Shown piece by piece: positions 27,301 through 37,622 of a DNA stretch of 64,000 bases; position 1 is the first letter of the stretch; each line of letters starts with the position of its first letter. The translations under genes were made by a program, and so were the position numbers. Origin of the DNA: Piromyces finnis finn (Eukaryota; Fungi; Neocallimastigomycota). The notes under the pieces were generated by a model. The model was given only the letters and a program-made list of their open reading frames with translations, was not told the origin of the DNA and searched no databases. The DNA is taken from assembly GCA_002104945.1 (NCBI GenBank), contig MCFH01000007.1, forward strand, positions 1,178,001-1,242,000. Reading direction: 5' to 3'.

Positions 27301-30300
27301 TCTACAAGTCATTTTCCTTAATGACTGCTGCATTCTTAAGAAGATATTCTGCTAGTTTAATAATTTTATCTATTGTTAGTATTGGTATTGGTATTGCTTC
27401 CCTTTTCAGAACCGGTTATGATATTACATATATGTTTTTATTTATGATTTATGCATTTTTATTTGGCCATTATTTAATTCTTTTCTCAATTCTTGGTTCG
27501 ATTAAAGATATTAATATTTGGATTTTCAAAAATAAAGGTCCAAGTATCGCATTACTTGGTTCCGCTATTCTTTTAATTCCAAACTTATTTTGTTACTATA
27601 TATTTAATGATTCTACTCATTCCAAGCTTATACTATCAATATATGATATTGGTTTCATTATTTCTAATCTTTTTATGCTCTTTGGTTATCGTAGATTATC
27701 AAGAAATTATCTTAATTTCACCAACAAAATTAAGATTCCAACTAAGGAGGAAATTCAAGAATACTATGCTATCGATAATCCAAAACCAACAATATTTGTT
27801 GATGAAACTCAAAAGAATTACATGAAACGTATTGCATTATGGGAACGTTCCGCAAGAATCTACTACATGAATAAAATTAATAAAGCTAAAAAAGCTGTTA
27901 AAAAAAACAATAATAGCATTATTCATGAAAGACTCAAACAAAAACCATATGAAGAAGAATTAATGGGATGGTATATTCAACGATCTGGTTCAACTGCTCC
28001 ATTAAAGTACAGTAATGAATGGGATACTATGTTAAAATGCGCATTAGAAGAATTAAAGAAAAAGATTCAAGTAGAAAAGATTAATCGTGGTGATTTATTA
28101 TTTGATTTTGAGCGTGTTGTTATATACTTTGGTATCTTTTATTTTATCTATATTTTTATTGATAAATGGGCTCTTTTATTCCTCGAAGGAAAACCATATC
28201 TTTTCTTACCAAAGAGATTAGCTGCTAAAAAAGAAATTCCATTTGAAGATTATCTTAATGGTTCTCTTTATGCAACTCTTTTCATGTTAATATGTTCAGG
28301 TTTCCTTGAATTAACTCTTTCACGCGTTTTATCGTGTAAGAATAAAGAAAAAAATAGTCGATTAGGTTGGTTTACTTCAAAGGAAATGATCAGTCAATAT
28401 AAGAAAGATGATATTTATGTTTATAAAAATGAATTAGTTAAATTCCTATTAGTTATTATTGTTATGCTAGGTGGTATGACAGGTATTATCTTATTTCTTC
28501 ATGGTTACAAACGTAGTGTATTAGAAACCTATGGTATTGTTGCTTTTGGATTTGTTGGATTTTTAATCGGGCTATATCACAAACTTTTCTTCTATTCAAG
28601 AGAATGTGAAGTTCGTTTGAATAAGTTTTTGATTGTTATTGTCATTTTATGTATTGGATTTTCAGCATTCCTAAAGTATTATTGTAAAACACTTTTCTAT
28701 TCATTCTATGCCACTTGTGTTGGAGGTTGGCTTTTTTGCCTTTGTACTGTATTCATTTATTATGGTGGTTTCAATTCTGATGTTCATTATTCAGTTAATC
28801 TTTCTCCACATTTAGCCTCCTCTGGACAACGTTTCATAGGTCAGAAAAATGATTTATTAGCGAGAGAGAATTTAGAAATTTATTTAAGAAAAATTCCATC
28901 TAAAAATTTCATTACTCCATCAGAAATTCTTTTAAAAAGTGTTTATGCAATGATATTAGATGCTAAAGATCGTTTTAGAAATCTTTCCTCTAGAAATATA
29001 TTAAAAATTTGTTTCCCAGACTCTGAAGATTTACTTCAAAATATTTATGAAAGTTTCTATAATGGTTCAATTAAGGTTAAAATTGCTCCAGAAGAAACAT
29101 TTAATATCAGGGGTCAACGTTACTGTGCAATATCTTTTAAAAATAAGGTTAAGAATGTTTTAGATATATATACCTTTTTACCTCCTATTGCTAATGATTA
29201 CATAGGGGATCAAATTGATCCAAAACTTATTGAATGGGTAGCTTCATCTGTTATTCATGAATATGCTGAACAAAATGCTGGTTACTCACATGCAGAAGCT
29301 GCCATTTTAGAACTTTTAATTAAAGATGGAGAGAAATTAAGTGAATTACCAATTCGTTATCAATATCAAATATGTGTTTCAGATAAACGTGAATTAAAGA
29401 AATTAATTTATGGTTATGTAGAGTTAGAAAAGAGAAAAGCTTTGTTGGATATTGATATTGATTGTGAGTGGGAAAAATTACAACGTAATACCAAACTTTT
29501 CCTTATTCAACTAAATACAATATGGTACAAGTATATCAATAGAATCTCAAAAAAATATAATATTGAAAGTATTAGTATTAATGGTAAGATTCCAAGTGAT
29601 TTAACCAAGCTTCTTCACAAAAAGCATAATAATAACATGAAAATTAATCAAATTATTGCATTTTCAGTTCTTTCCATTTATGTTGCAAGAAGAGTTGGTG
29701 ATTTATGTTTAAATGAAAAACTACCAAAGGAAATTATGGTTCATAAACGTTCTCTCAAAAAGCAAGCTTCAAAAGAATTATTTAATCGTAGATACAGTAT
29801 TTCTCGTTCTATAAGTCGTAAATTACCAAAGAAAGATAAGAGAGAAAATAAATATAATGTCACCAGTATAACAAATACACGTAGTAAATTTGTCGAACAA
29901 TTAGAAGAATTAGAATTCATTATATATTTAGCTTTCACTGGTGATAATCGTTTTGGTCGTGAATTTAGTACTACTAATCATTTCTATATTACACGTTTAA
30001 TCCTCTCAACTATCTTTAAGATTTCCACTAAAATAAGATGGATTCTTACCAAGAAATTTTATTTAAATGAAAAGAATATCAAGAATTTATTAGAAAGAAT
30101 GAAGAAAGGTAGTTTCCGTGATCATTACTACAATAAAGAAAGACAAATTGTTAGAATTGATTCATATAATACCTCATTAAGTAATGTTGTTAGTTTAGTG
30201 GAAAGTAATCGTGAAGGTTATCTTATTGCTACACGTTACTTCCAAAATAAAGCAACTGCCGATTGGAAACCAACATCAAAAGATAAACCATTCAGTATTG

Positions 30301-33227
30301 GTTTTTATAATCGTAAAAATGGTCAATTAATTAAAGAACATATGTTGGATAACAATAAAAATATTTCTTCCACTATCTACTACGAATATTCCAATGAGCA
30401 TCAAGCTTTCCCAAAAAAGATTTACAAGTTACACGGTGAAATTAGTAGTGCAAATTACCGTGATTTCATTCAAATCAGTAAGTCACCAGAGCTTTATGAA
30501 GAACAATACCTTACTAGTAATGAGCTTTCCCTAATTACTATGTCAATACTTCATGTCGTCAGTAGTAGTGGTGAAAAAATAGATATTCAAGTCAATTATA
30601 CTTATGATCATGCTAATACTACATTGTCTTATGCTCAACACCTCTTTACTACTTATAAATGTATGAGTGAAATGTGGGTTATGGTTGTATACTATTCTGA
30701 AAGATGGAGAAATGACGATTTTGGAAAAGATATTCCACCAAAGTTAAAAGAAGTTCATTTTTGCCGTTTAAGTGATCCTCAAACGGAATTTGTTACTGAA
30801 TTCGATTACTCTCATCCACAACATGTCAAAAATAAGACAACTATGCTTTCAAAAGATTCTAAATTTAATCCAATATCTGTTCCAACACCGAAAGAAGTAG
30901 CTGAAGATCCATATTTCCTTTTAAAAAGACGTCCACCACAATCCTATTATTTCAGTAATGAACTTCTCACTTCTCGTCTTAAAGAATCTAAATCCTTCAA
31001 CCCATTTTCAAATACATCAAAGCATTCCTTTTATACTAAACCATTTAGTACTGCTCGTAGTCGTCAAGAATTATGGAGTTTTTGGAGAGCTGGTAATCTT
31101 CCAGGTGTCTATGCTCGTGATATTGATGAAGACATTTTACGTAAAGAAAACGCTCTTAAATCTTATTGGAAGCATCGTGATATGGGTTATCGTGAAAAAG
31201 CTCGCAAAGACCTTCAAAAAGAAAAAGAAGTTCTTGATGTTATCTTAATTGTTAATGATATTCCAACTATCCGTTCTAACCTTCACTTACGTTTCAGTGA
31301 TCTAGCAATTTTGGCCACTGGTGGAGATGCAACTGAAATTTCATCCTCAAAAGATTTGGTAGTACAAAATGCCAAGAATTTTGCTGCCAGTCACAGCATG
31401 TCTTACTTCTCTACTATTTCACATTCTAGATCAAAAGTTGCTAAACCTAACGTTACATTATTATCAATTAATCGTGGTCATACAATTACTATTAGTGAAG
31501 ATGAAGGCAATGATGATATTTTAGATGTTGTCAATTTAGATAGTGGTACATGGCCAACTGGTGGTGGTGGTGTTGGTAGTTGTCGTAGGGATTTAATTGA
31601 TTATTTAGACCGTATTCGTTGGACAGCTATTGTTGAAATTGGTGGTGCTGAATTAGTTCAACGTGATTATCAAATTGAAAGAAACATCACTTCTATCCGT
31701 TATCTCCCTCTCTGGGATAATGATTTCTCTTCACCAAACGAAAATGTCTATCGTGAACATGATTATCTTTCATTACGTAGAAAAACACAAGCAACCAGAG
31801 ATAATATTATTCAATCTATTTTCATTCCAATGGTTAAACTTCTTATTCAAGGTATGATAGAAACCAAATTTACTGAAGATAACTTGGACTGCTATGAAAA
31901 GCTTTTCATTGATATGTACCTATACTTCCAAAAATGTGATTGGTCAATCTCATGGAATCATAAAAAAACACAAATTGTATGGTTAAAAACATGGTTAGAA
32001 TACTGTGAAAAGGAATTAAGTAAGGGCAACTCTTTAAGTGTAGAAATGCCAACTGTTTCTGAAATAGATATGCTCTTCTCTCTTACCACACGTTTATTAT
32101 TACCAATTACTGCTGAAATTCCAAATATATCTGTTTTTCATGCTTCTCACCATGGTGTTCAAGCCATTATTGGCGTTGTTGCCAAAGCTTTATATAAGTC
32201 AAGACTAATTATTTGGGATCATGGTATATTATGGCGTGAGCGTCTGTTTGGTTTATGTTATAGTGATACTATGCCAAGATTTATTCAAAACGGTTTTGTT
32301 GGATTAACGCGCTTAATTTCTTATTTAGTCTATAGTAAGGCTGATTATATTACACCATGTACCAGTATTCAAAATGTTACATGGGAAGAATGGTTAAGTG
32401 GTAAAAAATATAATAATCAAAGAAAAATGATTGAAGCTCGTGAAAAAATTTATCCTATTGTTAATGGTATGAATGTTGCAAAGTTTAATCCAAATCCAGA
32501 ACGTGAATTTTCAACACCATTAGCAGTTATGCTTTCTCATATTAGTTCTGTTAAGGATATTCACAATGCTATCTATTCAGCTAATATTATTGTTAACAAA
32601 ATGGGTATACATAGCTATAAACTTCATATTTATGGTTCTCTTCAAAAAGATCCAAATTATACTGCTGAAACACTTAATCTTATTTCTTCTTTGAATTTAA
32701 CTGAAAATGTAATTTTGAAGGGTTTAGGTAATCCATCCAATGTTCTTCCAACTGGATGGGTCTTTGTTAATTCTTCCATTACTGAAGGTTTACCATTGGC
32801 TATTGGGGAAGCTGGTTTATGTGGATTACCTGTAGTATGTACAGATGTTGGTGGTTCTCGAGAAGTTGTTTCTGATCTTAAAAATAATATAGTCTATGGT
32901 AAGATTGTACCACCACAGAAACCAAATCAATTAGCCATTGCTCAATTATCTGTCCTTTGTATGACAGATGGTCTACAACAGATTGTAAATAAAAAATCAA
33001 AAGATACATTAACAATTGAAGAATTAATAAAGAAGGGCCAAGATGCTATTGAAGCACGTATGAAAGATCCATTAATAAAAGAAAGTCGACGTGAATTAGG
33101 TCTTCTATTAAGAAAAAGAACCATTGAAAAATTCTCAATCACAAGATACTGGAGACAACATGAACAATTATTATGGTTAGGACATTTATCCAATAAACGT
33201 GAAAAGCTAATGAATATGTACAGTTAG
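24348..33227 (+). CDS. Giant membrane-embedded GT4 glycosyltransferase, Gtb3/PelF-like (candidate galactosaminogalactan-type exopolysaccharide synthase)
   Basis: 2959-aa single-exon ORF with two multi-TM blocks (about aa 925-1120 and 1255-1480). C-terminal PelF-like segment HASHHGVQAIIGVV...LIIWDHGILWRER and GT-B motif NSSITEGLPLAIGEAGLCGLPVVCTDVGGSREVV (EX7E glutamates at 32784 and 32808). DSGTWPTGGGGVGSCRRDL...YQIERN...LPLW resembles the conserved block of fungal Gtb3-type proteins as I recall it. Confidence 0.85.
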   Translation: MGNETNISNYKWQICYKKPLFNGEEIENFAIWNSDLNYLNEVKNPVDILIIQYHAFYRSISNNGSYDSLSVDSGPIDSVTLDIDNYNGKPPMSAYTKDRFIAKNISNEALLSKLDSNKYSQSNLERMDNSNLPQSDYNTNLTGFNNISLCVDTEVLYGSKRILVDVDISEFIRSYAGKITTLTIGKYITKKIKKLIDISSINWIWGFYFSNLQNLIDKYGIENCQQFLFIFRKAFPYYAIFTDIKKLDVFEEIRDLIHGIILYNVVFHQDGKQKSRWEWGNMKFQDYIAALRNEISLRTDFIVLDAEVLPPEKNQSFHHYQRRRYYRKWIMGNNFKGWISFDPEFNSLKCIGPPEFPLVNDLDIYEMCTSTEVKSCRNLILNILPQLDWKDKLLNHYIWKKVLRETDFPKDITDRIPSINNVTQIELSDVLICQPSKPELPSINDVIGKTNNQKTSKKSNSDLLWSESGIEGSSNHLWKQINQTHRVFSTTAIGKTYGNERRKQVEIKLIDIMINLLEKNLLKSINVSTSGNTNQSMSIINNSMVSLSDDEYELQPEMEEIIDFIDSIIKNPSPLVVRILNEVFGGYDVAIEHFKELNENLLNNNISIYIGTNSSFILKENPDELPYKKVWAIMGLDDNEKLYIFVPENCPNIVELVINCYFRRFFYHDSGKCLLLESLIVAQENPEYLPISHRVFYEIENSSYSELFYFIRNTYLIQNSMENKIQNQIERELLSAYASYICDYSHHLLVEKFDYYDKIKEQVKIGYEPLHEPEKEMYDLVAYCSLDPLGDRLIKEFSKRIENSMIKNCYPANSSEALALSYLFMLFWKACRRVAWLNMESSLITMNPSFIPDYDQVAVAMEMITTQSNLNMMFDLNSHQLASYMHPILRNNVKESREIKENLVVESMDKGTDTKKARQLANAFLFVYPVIIDLILVRWIGSGIFINGYMDNTTKDVLNFIFIFIFPVCGGLMNSIARTCTFYYFYKSFSLMTAAFLRRYSASLIILSIVSIGIGIASLFRTGYDITYMFLFMIYAFLFGHYLILFSILGSIKDINIWIFKNKGPSIALLGSAILLIPNLFCYYIFNDSTHSKLILSIYDIGFIISNLFMLFGYRRLSRNYLNFTNKIKIPTKEEIQEYYAIDNPKPTIFVDETQKNYMKRIALWERSARIYYMNKINKAKKAVKKNNNSIIHERLKQKPYEEELMGWYIQRSGSTAPLKYSNEWDTMLKCALEELKKKIQVEKINRGDLLFDFERVVIYFGIFYFIYIFIDKWALLFLEGKPYLFLPKRLAAKKEIPFEDYLNGSLYATLFMLICSGFLELTLSRVLSCKNKEKNSRLGWFTSKEMISQYKKDDIYVYKNELVKFLLVIIVMLGGMTGIILFLHGYKRSVLETYGIVAFGFVGFLIGLYHKLFFYSRECEVRLNKFLIVIVILCIGFSAFLKYYCKTLFYSFYATCVGGWLFCLCTVFIYYGGFNSDVHYSVNLSPHLASSGQRFIGQKNDLLARENLEIYLRKIPSKNFITPSEILLKSVYAMILDAKDRFRNLSSRNILKICFPDSEDLLQNIYESFYNGSIKVKIAPEETFNIRGQRYCAISFKNKVKNVLDIYTFLPPIANDYIGDQIDPKLIEWVASSVIHEYAEQNAGYSHAEAAILELLIKDGEKLSELPIRYQYQICVSDKRELKKLIYGYVELEKRKALLDIDIDCEWEKLQRNTKLFLIQLNTIWYKYINRISKKYNIESISINGKIPSDLTKLLHKKHNNNMKINQIIAFSVLSIYVARRVGDLCLNEKLPKEIMVHKRSLKKQASKELFNRRYSISRSISRKLPKKDKRENKYNVTSITNTRSKFVEQLEELEFIIYLAFTGDNRFGREFSTTNHFYITRLILSTIFKISTKIRWILTKKFYLNEKNIKNLLERMKKGSFRDHYYNKERQIVRIDSYNTSLSNVVSLVESNREGYLIATRYFQNKATADWKPTSKDKPFSIGFYNRKNGQLIKEHMLDNNKNISSTIYYEYSNEHQAFPKKIYKLHGEISSANYRDFIQISKSPELYEEQYLTSNELSLITMSILHVVSSSGEKIDIQVNYTYDHANTTLSYAQHLFTTYKCMSEMWVMVVYYSERWRNDDFGKDIPPKLKEVHFCRLSDPQTEFVTEFDYSHPQHVKNKTTMLSKDSKFNPISVPTPKEVAEDPYFLLKRRPPQSYYFSNELLTSRLKESKSFNPFSNTSKHSFYTKPFSTARSRQELWSFWRAGNLPGVYARDIDEDILRKENALKSYWKHRDMGYREKARKDLQKEKEVLDVILIVNDIPTIRSNLHLRFSDLAILATGGDATEISSSKDLVVQNAKNFAASHSMSYFSTISHSRSKVAKPNVTLLSINRGHTITISEDEGNDDILDVVNLDSGTWPTGGGGVGSCRRDLIDYLDRIRWTAIVEIGGAELVQRDYQIERNITSIRYLPLWDNDFSSPNENVYREHDYLSLRRKTQATRDNIIQSIFIPMVKLLIQGMIETKFTEDNLDCYEKLFIDMYLYFQKCDWSISWNHKKTQIVWLKTWLEYCEKELSKGNSLSVEMPTVSEIDMLFSLTTRLLLPITAEIPNISVFHASHHGVQAIIGVVAKALYKSRLIIWDHGILWRERLFGLCYSDTMPRFIQNGFVGLTRLISYLVYSKADYITPCTSIQNVTWEEWLSGKKYNNQRKMIEAREKIYPIVNGMNVAKFNPNPEREFSTPLAVMLSHISSVKDIHNAIYSANIIVNKMGIHSYKLHIYGSLQKDPNYTAETLNLISSLNLTENVILKGLGNPSNVLPTGWVFVNSSITEGLPLAIGEAGLCGLPVVCTDVGGSREVVSDLKNNIVYGKIVPPQKPNQLAIAQLSVLCMTDGLQQIVNKKSKDTLTIEELIKKGQDAIEARMKDPLIKESRRELGLLLRKRTIEKFSITRYWRQHEQLLWLGHLSNKREKLMNMYS

Positions 33228-34085
33228 GATAATTAGATTTAAAAAATTTTTAAAAAAAGAAAAAAAAAAAATTAACATAAATATATCACATAATTAATTA
33301 AAAAAAATATTACCATTTTTTATAATCATTAATACTATAATTAAATTATTATATCTATTCACAACCATTTTTTATAATTAATATTATTAAGTTATTATAT
33401 TTATTCATATTTTATAAAATATTTATTGTATTTATTTATAATATTTTAATTTTTGAGATCTATTAAATAAATTTATTAATAAATAAATTATTTCTTTTCT
33501 TATGCATATCTTTTTAATTTTAATAAAATTTTAATCAATTAATAATATATATAATAATTATATATTAACTGAAAGTAATATAAAATAATAAAAAATAAAT
33601 ATAAAAGGAATAAAATTAGATATATAAAAGCATTTCAAATGTTTTATTATATATATTTTCTTTGTCAATGGTATATATCCTATTATTATGTATATATTAT
33701 ATCATTATTATTTATTAATTTATTAATTTCTTTTTTTTTATTTATTTTTTTATTTATAAATACAAAATAATTAATTTTTTTCTTTTATGACTATATATAT
33801 AAACATAAATATATTTATATAATAAGAAAATTGATAATAATGTTTTCTATTATGGAAAAAAATATATAATAAATTATTGACTTTTATATTTTAATCCTAA
33901 ATTTCAATACAAACCTCTAATTAATATATAATTATAATTAAAAAAATTATTCAACTAAAACAAAAAAATTAATAATATATTGATTAGAAAATAAAAAAAA
34001 AAAAAAAAAAAAACTGAAAAACAATTATAAATATTAAAAGAAATATAAAAAAAAAAACATTATATTTATATTAATTAATAATTTA

Positions 34086-34943
34086 TTATTGTATTAAACA
34101 ACAACATTTACTGGTTTTTTCTTGTTTTCCATTTGATTCTATTTGTGCTGATTTTGTGATAACTTCAGGTTTAGGGGTATTAATATCTTTTTCTTTTTGC
34201 GCTGTATTATCTGAAGCTTCTTTATTTTGTTTTACATTAGGAAAAACTATTTCTACGTTTTCATGGAATAAATTAGATGAAACAGTAGGCTGTTGAGTAT
34301 TTGTCTGTTCTGATACCTTAGATTTATATTGGCCTGATAAAATAGCTCTTAAAAATCTAGGATAACTTTCTGTTTTCATCATTTCAAATGCTTTATTCAT
34401 CGCAGGTAATAGAATATCAGGATGTAAATTGTTTCCATCATATATATATTGAGTTAAGCGGGATCTAATAACTTGGGATAAGTTTATTTCTTTAGGTGCA
34501 CCAATTTGTATATAGCTACGTGAAATATCTTGTAATATATATGATAAATATTGTCTATCACCCTCTTCTAATTGTTTTGTTTGTTGTTGATGTGCTAGGT
34601 TTTGCTGACTAGAGTAATCTGATTGCAAATTTCCATTTTTTATTTTATCGAATTCAAGGTATCTACTTCCTTGATTAGACGACGATTCTTGATCTTCACT
34701 ATTTCCTGCTGTTAATTTATTAAAACGCTTTAAGGCTTCTGTTCTATAAATGCATGCTTCTGAATAAAAATCTACGTTATCGTGACTAAGTTCTGTTAAA
34801 CAAAATGCACGATAATCAGCATAACTATATGGTGGTGGGAATTTATTAGTTAATATTCCTCTAAGTGGATATTTTGAACGTTGTTCTGACTCCTCATTAT
34901 TACCGACTTTATTTGTTGATGTATTATTACCATCTCCATCCAT
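34086..34943 (-). CDS. RGS-domain protein (regulator of G-protein signalling) with C-terminal CaaX box
   Basis: 285-aa single exon. PPPYSYADYRAFCLTELSHDNVDFY...YIQIGAPKEINLS...AFEMMKTESYPRFL is an RGS box; C-terminus KCCCLIQ-stop. Confidence 0.9.
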   Translation of the reverse strand: MDGDGNNTSTNKVGNNEESEQRSKYPLRGILTNKFPPPYSYADYRAFCLTELSHDNVDFYSEACIYRTEALKRFNKLTAGNSEDQESSSNQGSRYLEFDKIKNGNLQSDYSSQQNLAHQQQTKQLEEGDRQYLSYILQDISRSYIQIGAPKEINLSQVIRSRLTQYIYDGNNLHPDILLPAMNKAFEMMKTESYPRFLRAILSGQYKSKVSEQTNTQQPTVSSNLFHENVEIVFPNVKQNKEASDNTAQKEKDINTPKPEVITKSAQIESNGKQEKTSKCCCLIQ

Positions 34944-36858
34944 TATAAAAACTGAATATTTATTCTTTATTCTTTAAATATATATATATTTATTTATATA
35001 TATAACTATTTCAATATTTTTATAAAATATTAAAATTCTCCAATCTTTTTCTTTTTTTTTTTTTTTTTCTTATTCTTTCTATATATAAACTAGTAAAGAT
35101 ATAAAAATAATATTTCAAGATATTTTCTTTATTTAATCTTCCTATTATTTTTAAAAGTACATATATATATTGTATATTTGAAATAGATATAATTTCCGAT
35201 TTATTGGTTTATCAATAATACCATTATATAAAATGTAAAATATATATAAAAAAATAGTTATAAGTAAAATATAAATTATATATCTTTAAAATAATTATAT
35301 TTAATAATAATTAGTATTAAGTGAAGTTAATAATATGTAATAACGATGTCATTTTATATTTTATTAACTTATTGATATTGCAAACTTATAAATTTGTTTT
35401 TGTTTTTTGAAAATTTTTTTATGAATTTAAAAAATTTTTAAAATTTATTTCTTATATTAATATTTGAAATACTTATTACAACTACTAATTAATATAATAT
35501 CTTTCTTTCAATAATCTTTTATGCTTTCACTTCAAGATAATCCTATTATGAAATGAATATTTTTAATGGATTATATTAAATTAATAAATTAATGAATTAA
35601 ATAAATATTCCAATTTTTAATTCAGTTATATCTTGTTTCTTCATATATATAATTATGAATTTTTGAAAAACTCGTATATTAGTCATTAACTATTTTAAAA
35701 AAAATTTACAAGTATTTTTATTTTTATTATATTTTATCTCTAATATTTATGTAATATGAATTTTTAATAAAATTATTAATCCTCTTTTTTTTTTTCCTTT
35801 TTTATTGAAATCTCGATATTATTTTTAAGACAATAATAGTATTTACAAATAAATCATTATATTTAAATAAGATCGGTCTTTAATTGTTCAAAGTTAATGA
35901 TTCATAATTCTTTATTACAATAATAGGTTTTATTTTTATAAATAATTTATTATATTTTATATGATATAATTATAGTAATATTATTTTGGAACTTTCTAAT
36001 GAATAAGTAATAATAAATAAAATGATATTTAATTACTTTTCTTATTATCAATTCTATATTCAATAATTCAATAATAATAATCTAAATGTTTCTTAGAAAC
36101 TTATTATAATCACAATTCTTACTTTTTTTTAGACAAAATTTTATATAATAATTTCTCTGTATTTTTTCTTTACTTTTTTTTTTTTTTTTTGAAAATGAAT
36201 ACAAACTTTATTAATAACAAAATTATAATTAGATTCTATTTTTCATTTAAATAATAATTATTTTAATTACTACCAACCACTATAATATTTGTTCAAAAAA
36301 TAGATTTTATTATAATTTTATTACATAAATAAAAAAAAGCATTATAACAATCATTTATCTCATATATATAATTGTTATTTTATTTTTCTTTATATACAAT
36401 TAAAATTTTATTTGTTATAATTATAAAAAATATATATGCATTAAATTTTCTTTATTTTTAACTTTATATTATTTCTCCTTAAATTCTTAATATTTATAAT
36501 TATGGATTAAACATAATTAAAACATAAATAGATTAAACTTAATTCTATATAAATGAAAATACTATACAATTTAAAATTTAAAAATTACAAACCATATTTT
36601 TATATAACAATTTTTTTTTTAGAGTATCAATAATTTAAATTTTTATTATTATATGAAAAAAATAAAAAAGTTTATATATATAGTTTTAAAATTGACTAAA
36701 TTTTTATTTTTTTTTGTTTATGTAATCTTTTAGTTTTTCAATTTTAAGTTTAATATTTTTTATGTTTTGTATTTAAGAAAGAAAAAAGCATTATTGTTGT
36801 TAATACACTATAAATAATTTTTTTTTAACTTATTTATATGAAGTAAATGAATACTAAT

Positions 36859-36903
<45 letters not shown>

Positions 36904-37622
36904 TTAGATTAGTTTTAAATAAGAAAATAAAATATCAAGATTTTATTATATGTTTTTTTAATATACTCTTTCTATAAATAAAAATCATTATACATAAATA
37001 TTTATTATCAATTAAATAATTAACTTTATTTTTATAGTAAAGTTTATATTATCAATAAAAATTTTCTAAAATTAGAATTAAGTTATAAGATTATTATTAT
37101 ATTGGTATTATCTATATCATATTAATATAATTAATCCCATTCACTTTATCAAAACAATAAAAAAACTTCTATTAAAATAAAAAAGAGCTGTATATAATAA
37201 TGATTTTTTTTTATACTTATATATTTGCTAGACATAATTTATTGATGATTTATATATATATATATATATATAAAAATTGAAATAAACTAAATATTTATTA
37301 AATAAAATTTAAATATACTAAAAAAAAAATTGATTTAATGCTTGCTTAGGAATATAGAGTTTACTTTTTGTTATCATTATTTATTTAATATTTTTTTATT
37401 CTTATTATTCTTATATTGTTTTGATTTTAATTTTAATTTATTAGAACAAAAAAAAATTCAATTGATGTTTTTTAATTATCTTTTTAATATTATTATTACT
37501 ATTTTTAATAATAATAATAAAACCAATTTTTAAAAGCTTATAAAGAACTTAGAACATTTGTTTCTATAATTTCTTTTTTTTTTATAAATATTAGTATAAT
37601 TATAAGCAATTAAATTTTCTAT

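Noticed and set aside
36860-36899. 40-nt poly(A) tract as a retro-insertion tail
   Set aside because: Long A/T runs are frequent throughout; no element body or target-site duplication seen.
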